Shown one piece after another: positions 1 to 11,207 of a DNA stretch of 64,000 nt (the first letter of the stretch is position 1; every line of letters starts with the position of its first letter). The translations under genes were made by a program, and so were the position numbers. Source of the DNA: an uncultured Candidatus Rokubacteria bacterium (GTDB lineage: Bacteria > Methylomirabilota > Methylomirabilia > Rokubacteriales > CSP1-6); NCBI GenBank assembly GCA_963758635.1, contig CAVWWD010000004.1, positions 1 through 64,000 of the forward strand, read 5' to 3'. Below the pieces are notes generated by a model. The model saw only the letters and a list, made by a program, of their open reading frames with translations. It was not told the origin of the DNA and ran no database searches.

Positions 1-74
1 TACTTTTCGTAGTAGAGAAACCAGCCGATCTCTTCCAGATAACGGGGATCCGTCAGATCGGGGATGTCGGCCAT
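1..74 (-). CDS. 5' end of an unidentified protein running off the window edge
   Basis: ATG at 74 on the minus strand reads MADIPDLTDPRYLEEIGWFLYYEK with no stop; too short to assign. Confidence 0.5.
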   Translation of the reverse strand, partial: MADIPDLTDPRYLEEIGWFLYYEK

Positions 75-492
75 CGTTTTCCTTTGGACAGCAGACACTC
101 CTCGTGAGCGGCTCGAGTGCTTTTTACCTCAGCACATTCTGCCCGCCGACCACTGAATCGTCCAGGCACGACGGTCTCTCCGCGCTCCGCACATTTCCGG
201 ACGGCGGCCGGCTCCCCCACTGCGCCGGCTCAGAATGCGTTGCGTCGCAGGTGAAACCACGTAGAGTTGGAACCGTCGAGCCGCAGGACTTCGACCGCCA
301 TCCTATCCCACTCCAAGGAGCGATGCCTCGCCGTTATGTCGCGGCTGCAGATGAACAGGCAGCACCTCCTCGCTGGCCATTTCCCGTGGCCATGCACGCC
401 CTTGCGCGATCATGACGAGCCCGTCGCCTTCCCCGTCGCTCCTGGCGCGAGGGGCGAGGCCAAGCGCTCCTGACGGCGAGAGCCCGGCAGCG

Positions 493-1653
493 ATGGCCCG
501 CATCGTCGTGAACACGTACATGGTGCGATACCCGTTGGGCGGAAGTCTCTCCTGGGCGCTGCAGTGGGTCATCGGCCTGGAACGACTCGGGCACGACGTG
601 TACATCGTCGAGAAAGGCGACTATCCCAACGCGTGCTTCGACCTGCCACGAGGGCTCATGACCGACGACTGCACGTACGGCGTCGCCACCGTTGACGCGC
701 TGCTGACGCGCTTCGGACTCCAAGATAGCTGGTGCTATGTCGACGCCGCCGGCGGGTATCACGGCCTGTCGCGGCAACGCGCGGAGGCGCTGGTCTCGTC
801 GGCGGATCTCTTCCTGGACATGGGAACGCACGGGTTGGGGGTGGAAGGGACCTGGCTGCACGAAGCCGCCAACGCTGGGCTGCGGGTGCTGGTGGCCACC
901 GAACCCGGCCTTACGCAAATGCGGATGGAACTCAAGCTTGCGGCCGGGGAGGCGCTGCCTCAGTACGACATTTACTACACGACCGGCCTGAACGTCGGTA
1001 CCGCAGCGAGCCCCGCACCCACGGCAGGACGGCAGTGGCGCCCAATCGTCGATCCGGTGGTCGTGGACCTGTTTGCCTGCCATCCGCGCCCGCGGCAGGC
1101 GGCATTCAGCACGGTGATGAACTGGCAGTCGATGCCTCCGGTGATCTTCGATGGGGTCCGGTATGGCCAGAAGGACGTGGAGCTTCCCAAGTTCATCGAC
1201 CTGCCCCGGCGTACCCGCGTCCCGCTCGAGCTCGCCATCGCGGGCAAGAACGCGCCCATCGAGCAGCTCCGGGCGGCCGGGTGGCAGATCCGTCACGCCC
1301 TTCAGGTCACCGCCTCGGTGGACAGGTACCTCGCTTACATCGCGGGCTCGCTAGGGGAATTCGGGGTGTGCAAGCACGCGTGTGTCGCGACCAACAACGG
1401 GTGGTTCAGCGAGCGCAGCGCCGCGTACCTGGCCAGCGGCCGGCCGGTGGTCATGCAAGACACGGGCTTCAGTCGCCATCTGCCATGTGGGCGTGGGCTC
1501 TTCGCCGTGCGCACCGTGGAAGAGGCCGCCGCCGCTATCGATGAGATCGACGCCGATTGGGAGCGTCATGCGCGTTGGGCCCGTGACCTGGCGCGCGAGT
1601 ATCTGGACGCCCGGAACGTGCTCGGGGGGATGCTGCAGGACCTGGCGCTGTAA
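493..1653 (+). CDS. Glycosyltransferase-like protein (GT-B type, uncharacterised)
   Basis: N-terminal RYPLGG..W...LERLGHDV and C-terminal GWFSERSAAYLASGRPVVMQDTGF..LP.G.GLF resemble GT-B nucleotide-sugar regions; the stop TAA lies inside the IS left end. Confidence 0.7.
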   Translation: MARIVVNTYMVRYPLGGSLSWALQWVIGLERLGHDVYIVEKGDYPNACFDLPRGLMTDDCTYGVATVDALLTRFGLQDSWCYVDAAGGYHGLSRQRAEALVSSADLFLDMGTHGLGVEGTWLHEAANAGLRVLVATEPGLTQMRMELKLAAGEALPQYDIYYTTGLNVGTAASPAPTAGRQWRPIVDPVVVDLFACHPRPRQAAFSTVMNWQSMPPVIFDGVRYGQKDVELPKFIDLPRRTRVPLELAIAGKNAPIEQLRAAGWQIRHALQVTASVDRYLAYIAGSLGEFGVCKHACVATNNGWFSERSAAYLASGRPVVMQDTGFSRHLPCGRGLFAVRTVEEAAAAIDEIDADWERHARWARDLAREYLDARNVLGGMLQDLAL

Positions 1654-1793
1654 CCTGGCGTGACGAAGCGGGCACGCTCGGGTTGGTCCCGGCGCGCCCG
1701 AACGCGCTGGAGGACGCCCCCCACCGGGGGTTCGCCGTCCCCTTGTCGGTCCCGAGCGTGCCGTGCTCCGGTCCAGCGTCGGGCGTGGCGGCC

Positions 1794-2171
1794 ATGAGCA
1801 AACGCAAGAAGGCGAGGCAGGCCCTGGCCGGGGCGGCGGCGGCCGCGGGCGCTGACAACGGACGGGAGCCGGGGCGCTTTTCGGCGCGGCGGAAGACGGA
1901 GACGATCCTGCGCCTGCTGCGGGGCGAGGCGCTCGACGGCGTGGCGCGCGAGCTCGGGGTGACGGCGGCGACGCTGGCGCAGTGGCGGGAGCAGTTCCTG
2001 GCGGGCGGGCAGAGCGCGCTGAAGAGCCGGCCGGCCGACGAGCGGGACGACGAGATCCAGCGGCTGCGGGCCAAGGTCGGCGAGATCACGATGAACAACG
2101 AGCTGCTCCTGGACCGGTGCCATCGGCTGGAGGGCGGCCTCCCTTTGGCGTGGCGGAGGCGGAGCGAATGA
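1794..2171 (+). CDS. IS3 transposase OrfA (HTH)
   Basis: RFSARRK...LLRGE...VARELGV....L.QWR HTH followed by a coiled coil; ATGA overlap with orfB. Confidence 0.85.
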   Translation: MSKRKKARQALAGAAAAAGADNGREPGRFSARRKTETILRLLRGEALDGVARELGVTAATLAQWREQFLAGGQSALKSRPADERDDEIQRLRAKVGEITMNNELLLDRCHRLEGGLPLAWRRRSE

Positions 2172-3056
2172 GCCAGACCCGCTCCCCCTCCACGCAGCAG
2201 GTCTACGGTCTGGCGCGGGTGTGCCGAGTGTGGGAGGTGGCGCGCTCGACGGTGTACGCCACGAAGGGCCGGGCGGCGGGGCCGGCGACGGCCCCGGGGC
2301 GGCGCGGCCCGAAGCCGCAGTGGAGCGACGAGACGTTGCTGAGCGAGATCCGGGCCGTGCTGGCGGCGGCGGTCTTCCTCGGCGAGGGGCATCGCAAGGT
2401 CTGGGCGCGGCTGCGGTGGCAGGGGGTGCGGACGTCGAAGGCGCGGGTGCTGCGGCTGATGCGGGAGGCGCACCTGCTGGCGCCCACGCGTGTGGGCCAC
2501 GCCCATGGGCCGAAGGCCCACGACGGGACGATCACCACGGAGCAGCCGGATCAGATGTGGGGGATGGATGCGACGAGTTGTCTGACCCGCGAGGGGACGG
2601 CCACGGTCTTCGTGGTGGTGGATCACTGCGCGGCCGAATGCATCGGGCTGCACGCGGCCAAGCCCGGGACCCGGTTCGAGGCGGTGGAGCCGCTGCGGCA
2701 AGGGGATCCACGCCCTGTTCGGCGGCTACGAGGCCGGCATCGCGGGCGGGCTGCAGGCGCGGCACGATCACGGCAGCCAGTACATGAGCGACTACTTCCA
2801 AGATGAGCTGAAGTTCCTGGGCATCGTGTCCAGCCCGGCGTTCGTGCGCGAGCCGGAAGGCAACGGCGTGGCGGAGCGGTTCATCCGCACGCTCAAGGAG
2901 CAGCTGCTCTGGGTCCGGAGCTTCGACACCGTGGAGGAGTTGCGCCACGCGCTCCTCGAGTTCAAGGCGCGGTACAACCGGGCGTGGCTCTGCGAACGCC
3001 ACGGGCATCAGACGCCGGCGCAGGTGCGCGCCCAGCTCCTGCCGAGGGCCGCGTGA
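2168..3056 (+). CDS. IS3 transposase OrfB (DDE/rve core), frameshift near 2701
   Basis: GHRKVWARL, WGMD, RHDHGSQY, NGVAERFIRTLKE and YN...H...TP motifs joined across two frames. Confidence 0.85.
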
Positions 3057-3484
3057 GGCTGCTGGGGCCCGCCCGACCGGAACGCGAGGGCCGTAGAGGC
3101 GCTACAAGGGGCCTTGGAGAGGAGGGCCGCTATCTTGGTATCCCCCCCACGGCGCCCGATCGAGTCAGTTACCATCACCTCGGTGTCCAGGAAACCGGGG
3201 GCGGAACAAGGCACAGCTCCTGCGGACGGTGCTGCATCGATGCCTGCACATCCTGCACATCCGCCGGACGTTGCGCCCTGGCGCTAGCACCACGAGGAGC
3301 GCGCCGGGCACGAATCCCTCGAGCGGCATGTCGTGCGGGTTGCCGAAAGTGAAGTCGGCGATGGCCGGATCGCCACGCCGCTCGCCGTAACGCGGTCGCG
3401 GAGTAGAAGTTCCTGACCGTCTCGAAGGCGCTGTTCGCCGCCGCGGTCCGTTGCGATACGATCATTGCCGGGCGGCGTCGCGTG

Positions 3485-4534
3485 TCAGGTTTTCAATTGA
3501 CCGCTTGGCGTCGAGCGCGAGATCGCGAGTTCTTCCTCCGTCATGTCCGCGGGAACGTCCGCAAAGAGCGGCGTGCTGAGATACCGCTCTGCCGTATCCG
3601 GCAGCATGCAGAGAATCGTCGAGCCTTTGTCGACTTCCGCAGCAAACTGGAGCGCGCCGGCCACGGCTGCGCCCGCAGTGATACCGACGAAGATACCTTC
3701 CTTCCTGGCCAGGTCTTTACTGCAGCGGATAGCTTCAGGGCCCGGGATTGTCAGAATGCGATCGACGACTTTCATGTCCACGGCGTCGCTCGTCAGTTTC
3801 GGAATGAAGTCCGGCGTCCAACCCTGCATCGGGTGCGGTTTGAAGCTCGGGTGCGGCGCGGCAGGCGTGCCGTCGGGCTTCCGCCCCTGTTCGATTCCGC
3901 TGCCGAGCAGTGGCGCGTCTTCCGGTTCGCAGACAATGATCCTGGTCTCGGGCCGCTCTTGTCTCAGTACTCGCGCGACTCCCTTCAGGGTGCCGCCCGT
4001 GCCATAGCCCGTTACCCAGTAGTCGAGCCGTTCGCCTGCGAAGCTGTCGACGATTTCGCGCGCGGTGGTGCGGGAATGATAGTCGGCATTAGCCTCGTTC
4101 TCGAACTGGCGAGTCATGAACCAGCCATTCGCGCTGGCAAGCTCCTCCATTTTCGTGACCATGCCGACGGCACGTTCGGCCGCAGGCGTTATCACGACCT
4201 TCGCCCCGAGAAAGCGCATGAGCTTGCGGCGCTCCACGCTGAACGGCTCCGCCATCACCAGGACAAGCGGATACCCCTTCGCCGCACACACCATCGCAAG
4301 GCCGATGCCCGTGTTTCCGCTGGTTGCCTCGATGACGGTCTGGCCGGGCTTCGGCGCTCCGGATTTCTCTGCCGCCTCGATCACGCCAATCGCAAGGCGG
4401 TCCTTCACCGAGCCGAGCGGGTTGAAGGCCTCTATCTTGACGAAGAGATTCACACCGGGCGGAGCCATGCGATTGATGCGCACGATCGGCGTGTTGCCAA
4501 TCGTTTCCAGGATGCTGCCATACGGTCTTGCCAT
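3485..4534 (-). CDS. cysK: Cysteine synthase A (PLP-dependent)
   Basis: NPLGSVKDR PLP lysine, TSGNTG, GTGGT, PDTAERYLST. Confidence 0.9.
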   Translation of the reverse strand: MARPYGSILETIGNTPIVRINRMAPPGVNLFVKIEAFNPLGSVKDRLAIGVIEAAEKSGAPKPGQTVIEATSGNTGIGLAMVCAAKGYPLVLVMAEPFSVERRKLMRFLGAKVVITPAAERAVGMVTKMEELASANGWFMTRQFENEANADYHSRTTAREIVDSFAGERLDYWVTGYGTGGTLKGVARVLRQERPETRIIVCEPEDAPLLGSGIEQGRKPDGTPAAPHPSFKPHPMQGWTPDFIPKLTSDAVDMKVVDRILTIPGPEAIRCSKDLARKEGIFVGITAGAAVAGALQFAAEVDKGSTILCMLPDTAERYLSTPLFADVPADMTEEELAISRSTPSGQLKT

Positions 4535-4778
4535 GAACGCACCTCCCTGAACAAGCCACGAATTGTTGAGCTGGAACTTTACCGAGGACAGTCAACACTA
4601 GCAGTTTCCGGCGGCGGTCGGCCCTCTCGTGGCCCCGTCCCCATGAGGTAATGACGCTTACGCTGAGCTCTCCCGAGAGGTCGGGCCTACTCGGGCGGCG
4701 CGGGACCTGTTTGACTTGGCGCGCGTGCTCTGGTTTTATGTCATGCATCCGCTCGACCTTTCCGAGGAAACGAGAGCC

Positions 4779-6552
4779 GTGACTGATATCGGCATGAGGC
4801 AGCGGCTCGCGGCGATCCTCGCCGCTGACGCGGTGGGGTATTCGCGCCTCATGGCCACGGACGAACGGGCGACCGTCGCGGCGCTTGACGCAGCGCGCGG
4901 CATCTTCCGCAGGCTGATCGAATCGAACCAGGGCCGCGTTGTCGACATGGCCGGTGACTCGGTGCTCGCAGTGTTCGAAACGGCGAGCGGCGCCGTGAGC
5001 GCCGCGCTCACGGTGCAGAAGGAGCTCGCGCAGGCGGCTGAACCCCTCCCCGAAGAACGCCGGATGCGGTTCCGGATCGGCGTGCATCTGGGCGACGTGA
5101 TCGAAAAGGCCGACGGCACTGTGTACGGTGATGGCGTCAACATCGCGGCGCGCTTGGAGGCGCTTGCCGAGCCGGGCGGCATCACGGTGTCGGACACCGT
5201 CCAGATGACGCAGCGCAACCGCAGCGCCGTGGCGTTCGAGGACCAGGGCGAGCACGCGGTGAAGAACATCGTGCATCCGGTGCGGGCTTTCGGCGTGCGA
5301 GGCGCAGACGAGGGCGCCGCGGCTGCCTCGATCTTTCGGGTCAAGCCGGCGCTCGCGTTGCCGGACAAGCCGTCGATTGCCGTTCTCCCGTTCGACAACA
5401 TGTCGGGCGACCCGGAGCAAGAGTTTTTCGCCGACAACGTGGTCGAGGCGATCACTGCGACACTCTCGCGCATCCGCTCGTTTTTCGTCATCGCGCGGAA
5501 TTCCGCCTTTCTCTACAAAGGGCAAACGGGTGGATGTGCAGCAGGTGGGCCACGACTTGGGCGTGCGCTATGTGCTGGAGGGCAGCGTGCAAAGGGCGGG
5601 GAGCCGCCTACGCATCAGCGTGCAGCTCATCGACACGGCCAACGGCGCGCATGTCTGGGCGGACCGTGTCGACGGCACGCTGGAGGACGTCTTCGACCTG
5701 CAGGATCGGATCACTGAGCGCGTGGCGGGCGCGCTCCAGCCCTCGATCCGGCTCGCGGAAATCGAGCGCGCGCGCCGCAAGCGGCCGCAGGACCTGGGCG
5801 CGTACGACTACACCATGCGCGCCATGCCTCTGGTCTGGGTGTTGGAAAAGAGTGCAAGTGGAGAGGCGCTGGAACTCCTCGCTCAAGCCCTCGCGATCGA
5901 ACCGGAGTATCCGCTTGCGCTGTCCCTTGCCGGCTGGTGCTACGCCCAGCGCTCGGTCTACAACTGGACCGACGATATCGACTCGGCGCGCAGCAACGCG
6001 CTGAGGCATGCGGAGAAGGCGGCTGAGCTGGGGAGCGACGATCCACTGATCCTTGCCGTTCTCGGCGCCGTGCACTGTTTCTTGCGCAACAACGGCACGG
6101 CGCGCGTCATGCTGGAACGCGCCGTGACCCTCGACCCCAACTCGGCGTGGGCCTGGAGCCGGCTCGGTTGGGTCGAAAACTACAGTGATCGGCCGGAGCG
6201 GGCGGTCGCCCACTTCGAGCGCGCCCTGCGACTGAGTCCACTCGACCCGATGAACTTCAACAACTATGTCGGCCTGGGGTCTGCCAGCGAAGTCGCCGAG
6301 CGTTACGACGATGCCGTCGCGTTCTATCGGCGTGCATTGCAGGAGCGGCCGCACGCCGATTGGATTCTGCGCGGCGTGGTGAGCGCCCTGGCCGGTGCCG
6401 GGCGCATGGATGAGGCGGCGGTCGAGCTCAAGCATTTGATGGCGGCCTATCCGGACCTGACGGTGACCAAGTACAAGAAGGCGATGGTCTTCTCGCCCGC
6501 GACACTGGACCGGCTGGGCGCAAACCTGAAGAAGGCCGGCCTGCCTGACTGA
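4779..6552 (+). CDS. Class III adenylate/guanylate cyclase with TolB-like and TPR domains, frameshift near 5520
   Basis: AILAADAVGYSRLM, GDSVL, RIGVHLGDV, GDGVNIAARLE, SIAVLPFDNMSGD, YVLEGSV, then TPR helices. Confidence 0.9.
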
Positions 6553-6853
6553 TCACAGCCGTTCGGTTCCGTAGAGCGCTAGAGGCCATATCGAATCGGC
6601 AGGGACGCACAAGGGCGACAGCGCCAGGCCATCGAAGACGAGTTTGAGGGCCCTCTCATCGTGGTCTGATCCCGCTGGGGCTACGAACCTTCCTCGGTCG
6701 TCACGCCGTGCCACGACGCGCACGACGCGCTCGGGTCCCAGGTGAGTTGGGCGCAATATCCCGCCGAAGCCGCTGGTCTTGGCAACGGGTTACACTGGCC
6801 CCCGCGGTCGCGCCTGCCGCGAGCCGTGACCCACCCAGGAGGAGATCGAGACC

Positions 6854-8050
6854 ATGACCAGAGCGCTCGAGGGCATCACGATCGTCGACCTCTCCCAGTA
6901 CGAGGCGGGGCCGTCCTGCACCCAGCTCCTGGCCTGGCTCGGCGCCGAGGTGATCAAGATCGAGCCGCTGGCCGGCGAGGCCAACCGCGTCGGGCTCACC
7001 GACCGGCCCGGCGTGGACAGCTGGGGGTTCCTCTTCTTCAACGCCAACAAGAAGAGCGTGACGCTGAACCTGAAGCACGCGCGCGGGCGCGCCGTCCTCG
7101 ACGACCTGCTGCGGCGGGCCGACGTCCTCGTGGAGAACTTCGGCCCCGGCGCCATGGACCGGCTGGGGCTCGGCTGGGAGACGCTCCATCGCCTGAACCC
7201 GCGGTTGATCGCCGCGTCGATCAAGGGCTTCGGCTCGAGCGGGCCGTACTCGGGCTACAAGAGCTTCGAGTTCGTGGCCCAGGCCATGGCCGGCGTCATG
7301 AGCCTGAACGGCGAGGTCGACGGGCCGCCGATGCGCGTGCCCGCGGGCCTGGGCGACACCGGCGCCGGGCTCCACCTGGCCGTGGGCATCCTCGCCGCCA
7401 TCGTGCACCGGCAGGCCACCGGCGTGGGGCAGCAGGTGGAAGTCGCGCAGCAGGACGCGGTGGCCAACCTGATCCGCGTGCACATTCGCGAGCAGTACAT
7501 GAACGGCGAGCCCGTGCCGCGACGGGGCAACCGCCAGTTCGGCAACGCACCCGTCAATGCGTACCGCTGCCGTCCCGGCGGGCCGAACGACTACCTGTTC
7601 GTGCACGGCGTGACGCCCGACATGTTCCAGGCCATCATGCGCGTCATCGGCCGGCCCGACCTCGCCGAGGACCCCACGCTTCAGACACGCGCGGGCCGCT
7701 TCGCGCGCGTGGACGAGATCGACGGCCTCATCGAGGCGTGGACGGGCAAGCACACCAAGCACGAGGCGATGGAGATCCTCGCCAAGGCCGGCGTGGCGTG
7801 CGGCGCCGTCCTCGACTCGGAAGAGGTGCTGGCCAACGAGCACCTGCGCGGGCGCGGCATGGTGGTGGACCTCGAGCATCCCGACCGCGGGCGCTTCCCG
7901 ATGCTCGGCAACCCCGTGCACCTGTCGGCCTCGCCCACCGAGGTCCGGCGCGCGCCGCTCCTCGGCGAGCACACCGCCGAGGTCCTGGGCGGCCGCCTCG
8001 GCCTGAGCGCGGAGGAGATCGCGCGGCTCAAGGAGGCGGGCGCGGTCTAG
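6854..8050 (+). CDS. CoA-transferase family III (CaiB/BaiF, formyl-CoA transferase-like)
   Basis: DLSQYEAGP, GAEVIKIEP, NANKKS, ADVLVENF, APLLGEHT; GGAG RBS upstream. Confidence 0.9.
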   Translation: MTRALEGITIVDLSQYEAGPSCTQLLAWLGAEVIKIEPLAGEANRVGLTDRPGVDSWGFLFFNANKKSVTLNLKHARGRAVLDDLLRRADVLVENFGPGAMDRLGLGWETLHRLNPRLIAASIKGFGSSGPYSGYKSFEFVAQAMAGVMSLNGEVDGPPMRVPAGLGDTGAGLHLAVGILAAIVHRQATGVGQQVEVAQQDAVANLIRVHIREQYMNGEPVPRRGNRQFGNAPVNAYRCRPGGPNDYLFVHGVTPDMFQAIMRVIGRPDLAEDPTLQTRAGRFARVDEIDGLIEAWTGKHTKHEAMEILAKAGVACGAVLDSEEVLANEHLRGRGMVVDLEHPDRGRFPMLGNPVHLSASPTEVRRAPLLGEHTAEVLGGRLGLSAEEIARLKEAGAV

Positions 8051-8101
8051 CGATTCCGCGCGATCGCACCATCCCCCGCGCCGGCGGCGGGGCGCCGCGC
8101 T

Positions 8102-11100
8102 TCAGAACTCCTGGGCGTTCAGCGACTCGACGAAGAAGTCGATCGCGTAGGAGCCATTGCTGCTGACCGCGGTGTTCCGGCCGATGCCCCACGCCGGCCG
8201 CGAACCGCGGCCGAAGTCCAGCGACACGGTGCCCAGGCTGTCGTCGGAGAAGGTGTCCTCGTCCCTCCCGCTCACCCGGATCTTCAGGGCGCCGCCAGCC
8301 GGGATCTCGACCTCGCGCGCCCACGACGACCCGCGGAGCGGGACGACGTTGCCGGTGTCCACGTCGACGTCGACGAAGCGGCCGACGGACGCGCCGTTGA
8401 CCTTCATGTCCAGCGTCCACTCGCCCGACCCGAAGGTGTCCTGGTCGTCCCGGGCGGTGACCGACTGGAAGGTGACGCGGAGGCGCACGGGCAGGTCGGC
8501 GACCTCGCGGGCGGCCGGCGCGGGGTCGGCGACGAGCCGGAGGTGGATCCGGAAGTCCTGGGCCTCGGCGGCGGTGAGGTTCTCCTGGGGATTGGCGCGG
8601 AGCTTGGCCTCTACCGCCGCCGGCCGCGTGGACTGCTCGATGCCGTGGTAGCCGGCGGGGTAGTCCACCTGGCTCGGGGAGCCGCAGAGATGCGCGTACT
8701 GCGGCCCGAGCGTGGCGAGGATGGCGGCCACGCTGTTCCAGAGTTGCCGGCACCGGGCGGGATTGGGGTTGGTCGGCCGGATGTCGGCGGCGATCCCCGC
8801 CTGGTGCTCGGCGAGGGGCGCCGCCTCGTTGATCACGCAGAGGGCGGGGGCGCCGTGCGCCTGGCACACGTGGCTGAGCGTCACGTCGATGCCCGCGTTG
8901 AAGTGCCGGCGGATGCGCTCCATCGCCTCGAGGAGCGCGTAGCTGAAGCGCGTCTCGGTGGGCGGCGTCGCGCCGGGGGCGTGGTTGCCGGGCTGGCCGC
9001 ACGCGATGTCGCGGCGGGTGAAGGTGTACGTGTCCGCGGCCATCGACACCTCGCTGGGGACGAGGCGCTCGTTGTCGGCCGCCGTCGCCGCGAACTGCGC
9101 GGGCGCGGGGGCATTCCGCCAGTCCACGAAGCGCGTGAGGAAACCGGACTCGTCGATCTCCACGTTCACGTCGTGGTTCTCCGACTCCCGGCTCTCCCAG
9201 TTCTCGCCGGCCACGAGCTGGTCGATGTGGTGCATGAACGTGATCGGATGGTAGTGCCAGAACATTCCGGCGGCGTCGCCGAGCTCGTTGGCCAGGCGCG
9301 GCAGCGCGGCCACCGCCTCCGCCACCCACGAGAACCGCCGGAAGTGCGGCCAGAGCACGCGCCGGCGGTCGGGGTGGGGGACGAGCGCCTCGATCTGCGA
9401 CTCCTGGGTCAAGGCCCACTCGCTCTTGTGAAAGGCCTTCACGGTCCGCAGGTCGGGCGCGGCGCGCAGGATGTCGGCGACATCCAGACCGTCGCCGCCC
9501 CGGTCGCGCAGGAACCGGTCCAGGGTGCGGACGTTGCAGATGACGTTCTGGTCGTCGTCGACCACGCGGCGCTGCGGATCGTTCCACGGCGCGCCGGTGA
9601 GCTCGCGGTTCCGATGGCTCAGGACCTCGAAGTGGAGCATGCGGCGGCCGCGGAAGTGCCCGCACGTCCCGAGGATGTCTCCCACCGCCACCATGACGTT
9701 CGGGGCGAAGACGCGTCCCTTGTCGCCGTCCATCCCGACGTCGACGCCCGGGTTCGCGGCGCGCCACTGGTTGAACCAGGGCGGGTTCTCGTCGTGCTCC
9801 GCGGCGGGGTCGCGCACGGGCAGGAGGTGCATGTAGAGCGAGAACACGAACGTCGGGTCGGCGTCGTAGTCGATGCGATCGCCCAGGCCCTGTGGGTCGC
9901 GCTGCACCGTGCGGTAGACGGCGTGGCGCAGCAGCACGAATCGCTGGCTGCCGAACTTCGGGTGCACGTCCGTCTCGCGATTGCTCGCCAGCCGCGCGGC
10001 AACGATCGTGCCCGACGCGGCCGCGTAGACGCAGGGGTTCGCGTCGGGAACCGACAGGTGCACGCCGCCGTGCCAGACGCGGTTCAGTCCCACGGGGAAC
10101 ATCCCGCCCTGCATGGTCTCGGTCAGCCGGTAGTACGCCTCGACCTGGTCCAGGTCGTAGCGGCTGCGCGTGTCGAGAAGCGCGTCCAGGTCCGCGTTCC
10201 GGTAGGGCACTCCTTCGATGCGACCCGCCGCCGTGAACCGGAAGTGACTGTTGCGGCCGGGCTGACCGGCCACGTGGGGCGGCGTCCGGAAGGGGCCCGA
10301 GTAGTACGGCCGGATCTGCCCCTCCGGCTCCACGGGCAGCCACCACTCGTCGGTGATCCCGCGGAACAGCCGGTTCCGGTTCACGATGCCCGGGCACACC
10401 TTGTCGGGATGGCAATTCCGGTGGGCGAGGATGCCGCGGAAGTGCATCACGCGGCTCCGGGACACGCGGCGCTCGATCGCCGTCCCGTCGTCGAGGTAGT
10501 GCCGAAAGATCTCCTCCCGGCTCGCCCCGAGGAACTTGCGCGGGATGCGGTGGCGGATGCACAGGTGGCGCAGCAGGAGGATGAGCGCCATGTACTGCTC
10601 GTCCTGGACCGACTGGTAGTCCTGGTGCCCTTCGATGGCCACCGGGCAGGTGGATGAGGCGGTTCACGTCGGCGGGACGCGCGTGGTTGCACACGAGGTT
10701 CGGCGCCGCCGCCGTGCCGATGTTGAGCGGCGCCGGGCAGGTCGCGAGCGGCACGTGCCGTCCGGCGACGCTGGGCTCGCTCGCCGCGGTCACGCCGAAC
10801 CAGGACCAGGCGGCGTTCGAGATCTCGATCCCGATCGACGAGTTGTTGAGCAGGCCGCCGTGGAACGAGCGCACCTCGTCATCGAGCACCCGCACCACGT
10901 CGACGATGCGGTCGTCGAGCTGGTCCGCCCGCCGGCCCCGCCCGGACGGGCGGCCTGGCCCACGGCCGTGCGCTCGACGACGTAGTGCGCGGAGGCCGCG
11001 GAGCTCGCGGGGTTGTTCCACCAGTCGATCACCTGCTCGGCGGTGCCGTTGCCCGCGGTGCCGTGGATGTACGATCTGGCTCTTCTGGTGCCGGCTCGGG

Positions 11101-11207
11101 TTGAAGTTGTCGGCGTTCAGGACGTGGTCGGTGGTGACGAGGTGGAACGCCCACGACTGGCCGAACACCCAGAGGCGCCGTCGGTTCGCGGCTGGCGCCT
11201 GCTTCAC
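8102..11207 (-). CDS. Multidomain peptidoglycan hydrolase: amidase_2 + M23-like + M15A-like + C2-like domain (~1035 aa, three frameshifts near 11070, 10950, 10645)
   Basis: Amidase: IV(I)HGTAG, SAHYVV, FHGG..N.SIGIE, ILAHRNCHPDKVCPG. M23-like: FPVGLNRVWHGGVHL, VYAAASGTIV, SLYMHL, VAVGDILG, LHFEV. M15A-like: FTRRDIAC, LLEAMERIRRHF, HQAGIAADI. C-terminal DEDTFSDDSLG. GTGA overlap with the upstream gene. Confidence 0.75.

Larger units (their letters stand above)
1649..3208 (+). mobile_element. IS3-family insertion sequence
   Basis: Begins TG (TGTAACC...GGGCAC) and ends CA (GTGTCCAGGAAACCGGGGGCGGAACA) with weak imperfect inverted ends; contains orfA and orfB; no clear target duplication. Confidence 0.8.

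Noticed and set aside
3243..3262. Short tandem CCTGCACAT repeat after the IS
   Set aside because: Two copies only; no functional context
6553..6756. Small minus-strand ORF between the cyclase and CoA-transferase
   Set aside because: No recognisable motif or RBS; may be a gene scrap but cannot be supported
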